A stretch of 64,000 nt of DNA, taken from assembly GCA_947630455.1 (NCBI GenBank), contig CANRHP010000002.1, forward strand, positions 29,544 to 93,543, read 5' to 3'. Below are positions 52,001-59,254 of the stretch, in pieces (the stretch's first letter is position 1; every line of letters begins with the position of its first letter). Source of the DNA: an uncultured Clostridia bacterium (GTDB lineage Bacteria > Bacillota > Clostridia > Christensenellales > CAG-314). The notes below the pieces were generated by a model. It searched no databases and was not told the DNA's origin. It was given only the letters and a program-made list of their open reading frames with translations. The position numbers were made by a program, and so were the translations under genes.

Positions 52001-55000
52001 CGCCAAAGACGACCACACCTTTGTGGGCTGGGCAGTGACGGCGGAGGCAACAGAGGCGAAATATTCCCGCGGCGATAAGTTTACCATGGGCAGCGCTGCC
52101 GTAACCTTGTATGCTGTGTGGAAGCACAATCCGTCCTTTACATACAATGCCAACGAGGGCACCTTTAACTACAACGTTGCGACAACTTATCCTGCGCCGG
52201 AGTCGTTGATTAAGATTACGGAAATGCAGCCCGTTCGTACCGGATATGAATTTATCGGTTGGGCTGCAGACAAAGACGCCGAAAAGGCGGATTATAACAG
52301 CGGCGACAGCTTTACAATGCACGACGAAGATATCGTTCTTTATGCCGTATGGAAACGAAATGATTTTACCGTTTTCAAAAATATAGCGGATGGTTACGGC
52401 GTTTCGGGGCTTAAGGACAGCTATTCCTACGGCGATGACCTCAAATTTACCGTTAGCGGCGAATATCCCAAGGTGTATATCAACGGCACGCTTGTTTCTC
52501 TCGACGAAGATGGATACTATTCGTTCAAGGTCACCGGAAATATCTCCGTCACCGTTGTCGATGTTTCGTCGCTTGTTCTACTGTATTCGGCGAACGGCGG
52601 CGAGGACGCTCCGACGGACGAGACTATTTATTCCATGGGCAAAGAGGCAACCGTTTCGGAAATCGCTCCCGTGCGTTTGGGCTATACGTTCTGCGGTTGG
52701 TCCGACAACAAAAACGCCGAAGCGGCAAACTACAATGCGAAAGACAGTCTTACTTTTTCGGATAAGGACATGACCCTGTACGCGGTATGGCGCGCCAACT
52801 CTTATACGGTCACCTACAACGCGGCGGGCTGCGCAGGCACGATGCCGAGCAATGTTTATACTTACGGGACCATCGGTACCCTTTCGGAAAATGCGTTTGA
52901 AAGGCAAGGCTTTATCTTTGTCGGTTGGGCGCTTTCGGAGGGCGGAGAATGTCTGTTTGCAGACGGTGACGAGGTTTTGAATCTTTCGGTCAACGACGGC
53001 GACGAAGTCACACTCTATGCTGTCTGGGAACAGCTGAAAACCTTGATCACGTTTGATTCGAACGGCGGCGGCGGTGGAAGTGCAAATCTTTCGGTAGGTT
53101 ACGGCGAAACTCTTCCCGCAAGCGGGTATATGGCTCCCGTACGCAGAGGCTATACCTTCGCCGGCTATTATACGCAAAAAGGCGGCAATGGAGATAAGTT
53201 GTTCGATGAGAATATGTGCCCCATAAATGATGCGGCAAGCAATTGGCACAGATCCGAACAGTACCTCACGCTCTATGCCTATTGGATCCCCACACCGGAA
53301 ACGATCGAGGACACAATCGACACGGTTCAAGACAATCTCAACAAGGCGACAGAGGAGCTTCAATCGGCAATCGACTCAAACCAGACGGATATAAAGGGAA
53401 AAATTTCAGCGTTGGATTCGGCATATCAAGCGGCGGACGAGCTTTTGCGTTCGGAGTTAACGTCGACAGACGATGCACTGGAGGCTAAAATAGCCGCTCT
53501 CGAAAAAAAGATGGAAGCTGCGGATTCCACATTGCAGTCGGCGATCGACGCGGTACAAATAAAATTGGAACAAGCTGCAAAGGATCTTCAAGCAGCAATT
53601 GATGCAAATGAGAAGGATATAGAGGCAAAGGTTGCGGCGCTGGATGCGGCGTATCAAGCGGCGGACGAGCTTCTTCGCTCGGAAATGATGGCGGCAGACA
53701 CTATGATTGACGCCAAAATAGATGCTCTCGAACAAGCAATGCACAATTTGGATTCCACATTGCAGTCGGCGATCGACGCTGTACAAAGCAATTTGGATAA
53801 GGCGGCAAAGGATCTGCAAGCTACAATCGACGCAAACGAGACGGATATCGAGGCAAAGTTCTCTGCGCTGGATGCAGCGTATCAATTGGCAGACAAGCTT
53901 CTTCGCTCGGATATGACGACGGCAGACGATGCACTTGACGCCAAAATAGCCGCTCTCGAACAAGCAATGAAAGGTGTGGATTCCGCATTGCAGTCGGCAA
54001 TAGACGCCGTACAAAGCAATTTGGACAAGGCTGCAAAGAATCTTCAGGCTACAATCGACGCAAATGAGACGGATATCGAGGCAAAGTTCTCTGCGTTGGA
54101 TGCAGCGTATCAATTGGCAGACAAGCTTCTTCGCTCGGATATGACGACGGCAGACGATGCGCTTGACGCCAAAATAGCCGCTCTCGAAAAAGCAATGAAA
54201 AACGTGGATTCCGCATTGCAGTCGGCAATAGACGCCGTACAAAGCAATTTGGACAAGGCGGCAAAGGATCTGCAAGCTACAATTGATGCAAACGAGACGG
54301 ATATAGAAGCAAAGGTTGCGGCTCTGGATGCAGCATATCAATTGGCAAACAAGCTTCTTCGCTCGGATATGACGGCGGCAGACGATGCGCTTGACGCCAA
54401 AATAGCCGCTCTCGAACAAGCAATGAAAAGTGTGGATTCCGCGTTGCAGTCGGCGATAGACGCCGTACAGAGCAATTTGGACAAGGCGGCAAAGGATCTG
54501 CAAGCTACAATTGATGCAAACGAGACGGATATAGAAGCAAAGGTTGCGGCGCTGGATGCAGCGTATCAAGCGGCAGACACACTCCTTCGTTCGGATATGA
54601 CGGCGGCAGATGATTTGCTTGACGCCAAAATAGAGGCGCTTAAAAAAGCAATGAAAAATTTGGATTTCGCATTGCAAGCGTCGATCGATAACGTACAAAG
54701 AAATTTGGACAGGGCGGCAAAGAAGCTTCAGGCGGCAATTGATGCAAACGAAACGGATATCGAGGCAAAGGTCGCGGCGCTGGAGGCAGCGTACAAAGCG
54801 GCGGACGCACTCATCAACAGCGACATTGCAGGGTTAAAAGCACAGGATAGCGTGCTTGCGCAAAGCATTTCCGCACTCGATTCCGCGTATAAGGCGGCGG
54901 ATGAGGCTCTCTGGAAGGGAATCAGGCAAGTAGAGCAGAAACATGATGCATTGGAGCAGCAAAGCGAGAAAACCGCACTTATTTATATGATCATCAATAT

Positions 55001-55079
55001 TGTCCTCGGTTGCATTGCAGTAGCATTGATTGTCACTCTGGTTGTAAAAGTGGTCAAGAAAAAGAATTCGCAGCAGTAA
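49071..55079 (+). CDS. 2002-aa cell-surface protein: signal peptide, novel N-terminal region, about a dozen Listeria-Bacteroides (InlB B-repeat/Flg_new) modules, coiled-coil repeat stalk, C-terminal TM anchor
   Basis: Signal peptide 'AVAALCLLAGTLFFNTANA|SN'. Repeated 'GYTFxGWxxxxxG...Y.....V....D.TLYAVW' modules. Seven ~76-aa helical repeats. C-terminal 'LIYMIINIVLGCIAVALIVTLVVKVVKKKN'. Confidence 0.9.
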   Translation: MTTKKRYFTAILIAVAALCLLAGTLFFNTANASNSASGTNTADEWKGAQTTGNLIYYTDNNSSGKSKKTLADFGWQGLGNVDPYALRYNHSDVGLGNSSFGWVIHANTNDGLGNDNYTGGVWYTITLSEADRVKANKGDLTISASSVNWHQTSSGIHARLQLIFYDAAGSEIASKDHSRFLNIFQNTNPVNLSISDYKVPANTATIRYYISNNNSLAGKPSIGALTCTLTDKTAPAVTGNVFLEKTNVADSNNNIVVAGNTIKYSVEFNEKVSITANGTANITLNGNAFVSSSTAELVTENGKSRVCYTFTLPDKNENGEVKFSSVSGLAVKDEAGNAYTYNNSGLSAPTLQYYRAMTVSSSLTHLNFSGGGKATYNTNYSAALSTVRGYNLPNSITVKVGGSTLAQGSDYTYNSGTGAITITGSKITDDIVINASGVAKKIDVTLNPQSGFGGTDKVTATFDSAMPGVVVPTRTGYTFDGYYTQADGEGVRYYDAKGQSVKSCDFVDALTLYAHWVAHTYTITFNKNKPGNASEDVQGTMSDVPRTYDDGSKALPKNGFTLTGWTFLGWATNALGGSVTYDNEKAVQNLTDRDGDTFTLYAVWRANTYTVNYHSNKPSGASSEVVGATNESSHTYDVQRALTTNGFSLTGWTFQGWAASAESSNIVHRNDASVKNLTAVDGATIHLYAVWTANTYTIRFNENKPKNASANVQGSISDVPRVYDDGSKALPHNDFTLHGWTFQGWTTSVASDSVTYTNGQPVQNLTEKNDETVTLYAVWKANSHTITLNAMGGTNAGALTATFDSALPGITLPERHGYNFRGYFNSESGGEQYYKSDGTAVDNKTFTIDDNITLYAQWTPITYTIRLYSEGKYIKDITGVVFGVLNLPAAETCGLSRKNFDFVGWNIYDEQNWAMYHADTLYTTGLTGEQGGVVVLYAAWQEKPIHSLFYDANGGFGAPATEQLHEEEEITLSDVLPAKDDHTFVGWAVTAEATEAKYSRGDKFTMGSAAVTLYAVWKHNPSFTYNANEGTFNYNVATTYPAPESLIKITEMQPVRTGYEFIGWAADKDAEKADYNSGDSFTMHDEDIVLYAVWKRNDFTVFKNIADGYGVSGLKDSYSYGDDLKFTVSGEYPKVYINGTLVSLDEDGYYSFKVTGNISVTVVDVSSLVLLYSANGGEDAPTDETIYSMGKEATVSEIAPVRLGYTFCGWSDNKNAEAANYNAKDSLTFSDKDMTLYAVWRANSYTVTYNAAGCAGTMPSNVYTYGTIGTLSENAFERQGFIFVGWALSEGGECLFADGDEVLNLSVNDGDEVTLYAVWEQLKTLITFDSNGGGGGSANLSVGYGETLPASGYMAPVRRGYTFAGYYTQKGGNGDKLFDENMCPINDAASNWHRSEQYLTLYAYWIPTPETIEDTIDTVQDNLNKATEELQSAIDSNQTDIKGKISALDSAYQAADELLRSELTSTDDALEAKIAALEKKMEAADSTLQSAIDAVQIKLEQAAKDLQAAIDANEKDIEAKVAALDAAYQAADELLRSEMMAADTMIDAKIDALEQAMHNLDSTLQSAIDAVQSNLDKAAKDLQATIDANETDIEAKFSALDAAYQLADKLLRSDMTTADDALDAKIAALEQAMKGVDSALQSAIDAVQSNLDKAAKNLQATIDANETDIEAKFSALDAAYQLADKLLRSDMTTADDALDAKIAALEKAMKNVDSALQSAIDAVQSNLDKAAKDLQATIDANETDIEAKVAALDAAYQLANKLLRSDMTAADDALDAKIAALEQAMKSVDSALQSAIDAVQSNLDKAAKDLQATIDANETDIEAKVAALDAAYQAADTLLRSDMTAADDLLDAKIEALKKAMKNLDFALQASIDNVQRNLDRAAKKLQAAIDANETDIEAKVAALEAAYKAADALINSDIAGLKAQDSVLAQSISALDSAYKAADEALWKGIRQVEQKHDALEQQSEKTALIYMIINIVLGCIAVALIVTLVVKVVKKKNSQQ
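53300..54930 (+). repeat. Tandem array of seven 228-bp (76-aa) repeats inside the surface-protein gene
   Basis: The marker 'gattcc' recurs at 53523, 53751, 53979, 54207 and 54435, and as 'gatttc' at 54663, giving an exact 228-nt period. The central units are near-identical at DNA level. The outer units are degenerate. Confidence 0.92.
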
Positions 55080-55092
55080 GGAGGTGCATATT

Positions 55093-55821
55093 ATGTGGGC
55101 ATTTCTGCTCAATATTTTCGCAATCGAGGCACAGTATATATGCACTGCCGCATTGATATTGATATGTACTCTTGCCGGCGCACATCTTTATTTGATGCAT
55201 ATACGAAAAACCGACGCGCCTCATGCAGCGGATACGAAGCTGTCGGAACAAAATAAGCAGGCTGAGGAAGAACACTCCGAGAGTAAGAACGGCAGTGGAG
55301 AAATCGCCGCCCTGCCATTTGCCGACAAGGAGCTTGCTCGTAGCGAAATTGAATCAGTAAAATTGTCTGATTATCCGTACGAAGCTGCAACAAACCTTTT
55401 GGAACGCGGGCTTATTAAGTTGGAAAACGAGGAAGAGTCGTCAACCGACTCGGACAGTCCTATCGGGGCAGATTTTGAAAAACGCGAACACGTGTTTGTG
55501 ATGGAAGCTCGAAATTTGATTTCCGATGAGGTCGCAGTATCCTTAATTGAAGAAACGGAAGAAACAGTATTATCAACACCGAAAGCAGTTATCAATATCG
55601 ACGCGCTTTCCGAAAACTATCAGGCAAACGAGACGGTCACGTTGAAATCCCTGAAAGAAAAGAAACTTATTGCAACTTCTGTAAATTACGTAAAGGTGCT
55701 TGCGCGCGGTGTTCTTGACAAGCCCTTGATAGTAAAAATGCCGGATTTTTCTGTTGACGCGGTAAAAATGATACTATTGACAGGCGGTACAGTGATTAAA
55801 TTGAAAACCAAAAGTAAATAG
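55093..55821 (+). CDS. Membrane-anchored protein with acidic linker and ribosomal uL15-like C-terminal domain
   Basis: 242 aa from ATG 55093, with an AGGAGG RBS 8 nt upstream. One N-terminal TM helix ('AQYICTAALILICTLAGAHLYLM'). The C-terminus 'INIDALSENYQANETVTLKSLKEKKLIATSVNYVKVLARGVLDKPLIVKMPDFSVDAVKMILLTGGTVIKL' aligns by eye with the C-terminal half of bacterial L15 ('..[37 protein letters not shown]'). Confidence 0.65.
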   Translation: MWAFLLNIFAIEAQYICTAALILICTLAGAHLYLMHIRKTDAPHAADTKLSEQNKQAEEEHSESKNGSGEIAALPFADKELARSEIESVKLSDYPYEAATNLLERGLIKLENEEESSTDSDSPIGADFEKREHVFVMEARNLISDEVAVSLIEETEETVLSTPKAVINIDALSENYQANETVTLKSLKEKKLIATSVNYVKVLARGVLDKPLIVKMPDFSVDAVKMILLTGGTVIKLKTKSK

Positions 55822-56016
55822 GAACAGCATGCGATAATTTTTATTTGGTTTGACAACTCGGTTTTCGGGGAAATGTTTTGAATACAAATAAACTCGAGTA
55901 GTAAAAAAATGTATCTTGCCAGGGTCACGCCCAATACCTGTTTACAACGGTTAAAGAAGTCGACGCTGTATATTGAATAATTTAGATTTCTAATGCAACT
56001 ATAAAGAAAACCACAA

Positions 56017-56054
56017 TCCCGATGGCACAAACTACCATCGGGACTTTTTGTTTT
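56017..56054 (+). terminator. Rho-independent terminator downstream of the surface-protein operon
   Basis: A 9-bp stem 'tcccgatgg'/'ccatcggga' is followed by 'ctttttgtttt'. Confidence 0.75.
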
Positions 56055-56160
56055 ATAAGGTAAAATTGTCGGTAGAGGCAGACAGATGAACATTCGACGG
56101 CGAAGCGGATAAAACAGGTGTTATGCAACGCTCTTTGCATATAAAAACAGCGAATACTCA

Positions 56161-56198
56161 AAAAAACAACAGAACCTATTTACTGGTTCTGTTGTTTT
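56161..56198. terminator. Bidirectional terminator hairpin
   Basis: A 12-bp perfect stem 'aacaacagaacc'/'ggttctgttgtt' is flanked by A6 and T4. On the minus strand it is followed by T6. Confidence 0.75.
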
Positions 56199-56200
56199 GG

Positions 56201-56224
56201 CTTGGTGACTCCAATGGGACTCGT
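56201..56224 (-). other. Orphan copy of the last 21 nt of tRNA-Glu plus 3 nt of trailer (tRNA 3' fragment / att-like direct repeat)
   Basis: 'gcttggtgactccaatgggactcg' is identical at 56201-56224 and 56380-56403. The upstream part does not fold as a tRNA: there is no matching acceptor 5' strand, and GAC replaces TTC in the T-loop. Confidence 0.8.
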
Positions 56225-56322
56225 CCCCACAAAGTGGGGTAAGCGGAGAGAAGCGGAGCGCTACGTCATTTCGACATCGCATTGGCAGGAAGGATTGGCG
56301 TGGCAAGCATATAGGAACAATG

Positions 56323-56352
56323 AAAAAAGAACACGTTGCTGCGTGTTCTTTT
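56323..56352 (-). terminator. Terminator immediately downstream of tRNA-Glu
   Basis: On the minus strand, the hairpin 'aagaacacg'/'cgtgttctt' is followed by T6. Confidence 0.7.
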
Positions 56353-56381
56353 CATTGCGACTCGAAGCGCCGCCGCTTGCT

Positions 56382-56457
56382 TGGTGACTCCAATGGGACT
56401 CGAACCCATGTTATCGGCGTGAGAGGCCAACGTCCTAGGCCGCTAGACTATGGAGCC
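56382..56457 (-). tRNA. tRNA-Glu (anticodon CUC), CCA encoded
   Basis: The reverse complement GGCTCCATAGTCTAGCGGCCTAGGACGTTGGCCTCTCACGCCGATAACATGGGTTCGAGTCCCATTGGAGTCACCA folds by hand into a cloverleaf. It has a 7-bp acceptor stem, D stem GTCT/GGAC, anticodon stem TTGGC/GCCGA with loop CT-CTC-AC, and T stem ATGGG/CCCAT with loop TTCGAGT. Confidence 0.88.
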
Positions 56458-56473
56458 AAATCTAAGCTTATTT

Positions 56474-56502
56474 AGTATAGCACAAGTTTTAGTTTGGCGC
56501 AA
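56474..56502 (-). promoter_or_regulatory. Candidate promoter for tRNA-Glu
   Basis: The minus strand reads TTGCGC (56502-56497), 17 nt, then TATACT (56479-56474). It lies ~16 nt upstream of the mature 5' end. Confidence 0.5.
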
Positions 56503-56646
56503 CTGTTTGAGAGCAACTCGTAAAACTAAGTTTTAGTTGAGCATAGGCAGCGTTTAAAACAGTAAATATTTAAACGAAAAATAAAAATAATGCCAAGCTT
56601 ATGTGTAAATCACGCACAACATAAATTTGAGAAAAAAATAATCAAC

Positions 56647-57192
56647 CTACATTATGGCGCAAATATCGACAGTTTTATCGTAGAGATATGCCGTTTTAGC
56701 CATTTCATAGCTGTTTAGATAGTCTGATTTATCCGTTTTATTAAGCAATACCGGAATGCGGTGGTGATACTCCGCAACCGGCATAGTGGCGGGTTTTGTA
56801 AGAATTATGAAACGCTCGGTGTCTTGACGCTTGCAAAATCCGGCAAGATACAGCACTCCTCCGTCCTTACGCATAAACAAGTGTTTGTTTTTGTCGTTGT
56901 CCCATTCGTAAAACCCGCTGCACGGTATCACGCAGCGCGCGCGGGCAAAGTCGTCTGCGAAAAACGGCTTTTCCGCAACAGTTTCCGCACGTGCGTTGAT
57001 GAGCAGCTGTTTGCCGTACGGTCCGTCAAAACCCCATTTTACAAATTTGGGCAATGCGTTATCCGCGATAAACACCGGCGCTTGCTGCGAAGGGTAAATT
57101 TCCAGCCGCAGCAGAGGCGGAATTTCCTGTAAATTTCGATAAATTTCCGAGATTTCCGCATGTCCCATATCCATTACATATCTTCCGCACAT
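56647..57192 (-). CDS. SOS-response-associated peptidase (SRAP/YedK family), short form
   Basis: 181 aa. It starts 'MCGRY', with the catalytic Cys2 that is the hallmark of SRAP abasic-site sensors. Confidence 0.8.
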   Translation of the reverse strand: MCGRYVMDMGHAEISEIYRNLQEIPPLLRLEIYPSQQAPVFIADNALPKFVKWGFDGPYGKQLLINARAETVAEKPFFADDFARARCVIPCSGFYEWDNDKNKHLFMRKDGGVLYLAGFCKRQDTERFIILTKPATMPVAEYHHRIPVLLNKTDKSDYLNSYEMAKTAYLYDKTVDICAIM

Positions 57193-57422
57193 ATCGTTAG
57201 GTTGTGCAATTTATCTGAAAACTATGCTTTTACCGTATATGACACAAAAATTTTTTCGATATATGGGACAAAAACGCCGTTAAATGTGTTGTGTAGACTG
57301 AAGAGACAAGAAAACCTTCGAAAGCTGCGATAATATCGGTAATTTCGGCAAACCACGCATTGCGGTTGCGGAATATATGATGTTTATTTTGGGAAACAGT
57401 TGACAACAAGGAGGCTATTATC

Positions 57423-58736
57423 ATGAAAAAAACTTTTACGATAGCATTGGCGGCAATGTGCGTACTTACCATATTGGGTACGTTGTGTTCCTGTGGGATG
57501 GGCGGAGCCGCTTTGTTGGACCAGCCTGCAAGCGCAGAAGCATTGCGTTGGGATGAAAGACAAAGTGAGACCACAAAAAATATTCTTTCTGCGTCCAACA
57601 GTTTTGCGGCTGCCTTTTCCGACGCGGTGTACAAGCAGTTTGGTGAAAAAGGCAGCTTCGCTGTTGCGCCCGTTTCCGTCTATATGGCGTTGTCACTTGC
57701 CGCGGAGTGCGCTTCGGGTGAAACGCGCAATGAGTTGCTCAATGCGTTGGGACTTGATTATGAGGCGCTGCAAAGCAGCTTTGCCACGCTGTACGGCTCG
57801 CTTATCGCAGAGTACAAGGATGACAACAACAAAACAGCCGGCATGTTGGAGTTGTCCAATTCCGTTTGGATGGACGATCGCACGCATGTAAAGGACGCAT
57901 GCATCGACAAGCTTGCAAATAGATATTTTTGCTATCCCTATCGGACGGATTTCGACGGCAACAACAAAGCAGCCAATCGCGCGATACGTGAGTTTGTAAA
58001 GCAGCATACCCACGGACTTATCGATCAGGGTTTCGATTTATCCGAAGATGTTTTGTTTACTCTCATCAACGCGCTGTATCTCAAGGATATATGGAACGAC
58101 GGCGGCAGGGATCTGGGCTTTGCTTCGGGACAGTATTCCTTTGTCAACGGCGACGGCAGCGTCACGTCCACTCCGTTGCTCAGCGGTTACTATTATCGCG
58201 GCAGGGTAGTGGCAACGGAAGCATATCGTCACTTTTTCACTCAAACGGAGCACGGGTACACGCTCAAATTCATTGTTCCCAACGACGGCTACACGATAGC
58301 TGATGTATTCGATGCCGAGACATTGTGCGAAGTCAACGGGATCGACGACTACAAAGCCGACGATGAGGAAAATAAAATTCATTACAGTACGCGCTGCCTG
58401 TTCCCTGAATTCGAAACCAAGTTCGACGAGAACTTAAATGATGTACTGCAAAACAAATTCGGCGTGCACAGGTTGTTTGATCCCTACTCATGCGAATTTT
58501 CCAATCTGACAAACGATGCCGTTTATTGTTGCAAGGTGCAGCACGTCACCGATTTGAAAGTGGATAAGACTGGTATCGAAGGTGTTGCTGTGACAATAAT
58601 GGCAAACGCAGAGTCAGCAGGACCTGACGATTGGGCTGACGTATATGAGGATTTTGTCGTGGATCGCGCGTTTGGCTTTGTACTTACGGACAGATACGGT
58701 ACGATTATTTTCAGCGGTGTTGTGGACAGCTTGTAA
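57423..58736 (+). CDS. Serpin-family protease inhibitor, lipoprotein
   Basis: 437 aa. Lipobox 'LGTLCSC|GMG'. Serpin N-terminal motif 'FAVAPVSVYMALSLAAECASGETRNELLNALG'. Hinge/RCL 'GIEGVAVTIMANAESAGPDDW' and 'FVVDRAFGFVL'. Confidence 0.85.
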   Translation: MKKTFTIALAAMCVLTILGTLCSCGMGGAALLDQPASAEALRWDERQSETTKNILSASNSFAAAFSDAVYKQFGEKGSFAVAPVSVYMALSLAAECASGETRNELLNALGLDYEALQSSFATLYGSLIAEYKDDNNKTAGMLELSNSVWMDDRTHVKDACIDKLANRYFCYPYRTDFDGNNKAANRAIREFVKQHTHGLIDQGFDLSEDVLFTLINALYLKDIWNDGGRDLGFASGQYSFVNGDGSVTSTPLLSGYYYRGRVVATEAYRHFFTQTEHGYTLKFIVPNDGYTIADVFDAETLCEVNGIDDYKADDEENKIHYSTRCLFPEFETKFDENLNDVLQNKFGVHRLFDPYSCEFSNLTNDAVYCCKVQHVTDLKVDKTGIEGVAVTIMANAESAGPDDWADVYEDFVVDRAFGFVLTDRYGTIIFSGVVDSL

Positions 58737-59254
58737 TTATATTCGTGTGACGAAAAAAACAAAACGGAGACAAAATACACAAAAAAGCGGCACAAAATGC
58801 CACTTTTTTGCCGTCAACTGTTGATAAACGGATTTTGCTATGTTACAATTGATTTGTTAGTTGTGTTTGGAACCGAGCTGCTTGCAAAATATTCTATTGC
58901 ATCTATGCCGGTTCCGCTTGTTTGGCATAAGGATCCTACAAACCCAAACCGTCTTGTTCGATTCGTGCTTTGTGTAACGCTTGCTGCAAGGTATATTTTG
59001 AAAAATGTTGATACACACTGATTTTGCATTGCATTTTTCCCAAACCTGTGATAAACTAAAATCAACCCTGCCTTGTACGATAGTTTTACATTTTGCGTCA
59101 ACTACAGTTCGTAAAAGGGAATTGCGTCCGAGCGTTGATGTCAGGTTACTAAGGCTTCCGTGTGGAGTCAAAGAGTTCTCTCCGGTAAAAGACTGATAAC
59201 GTTTGGCAGATTACCCACCCTATTTTTTAGGTTGAACGTCGGTAAAACACGGCT

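Noticed and set aside
53457-54698. 413-aa minus-strand ORF with a striking internal periodicity (Cys/Arg-rich repeats)
   Set aside because: It is the antisense reading of the 228-bp tandem repeats of the surface-protein gene. The periodicity is inherited from the sense strand.
53300-54930. Possibility that the regular repeats are a CRISPR array
   Set aside because: The period is 228 bp with no unique spacers. The units are contiguous and in frame within a 6-kb ORF, and they encode a coherent helical repeat. No cas genes are present in the window.
56202-56387. 61-aa ORF covering the tRNA fragment, and the idea that 56202-56320 is a second tRNA or a tmRNA
   Set aside because: The ORF runs antisense through tRNA and terminator sequence. 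The fragment lacks a complementary acceptor 5' strand and D and anticodon arms, and it has a non-canonical T-loop. The region is far too short for tmRNA and has no tag-peptide reading frame.
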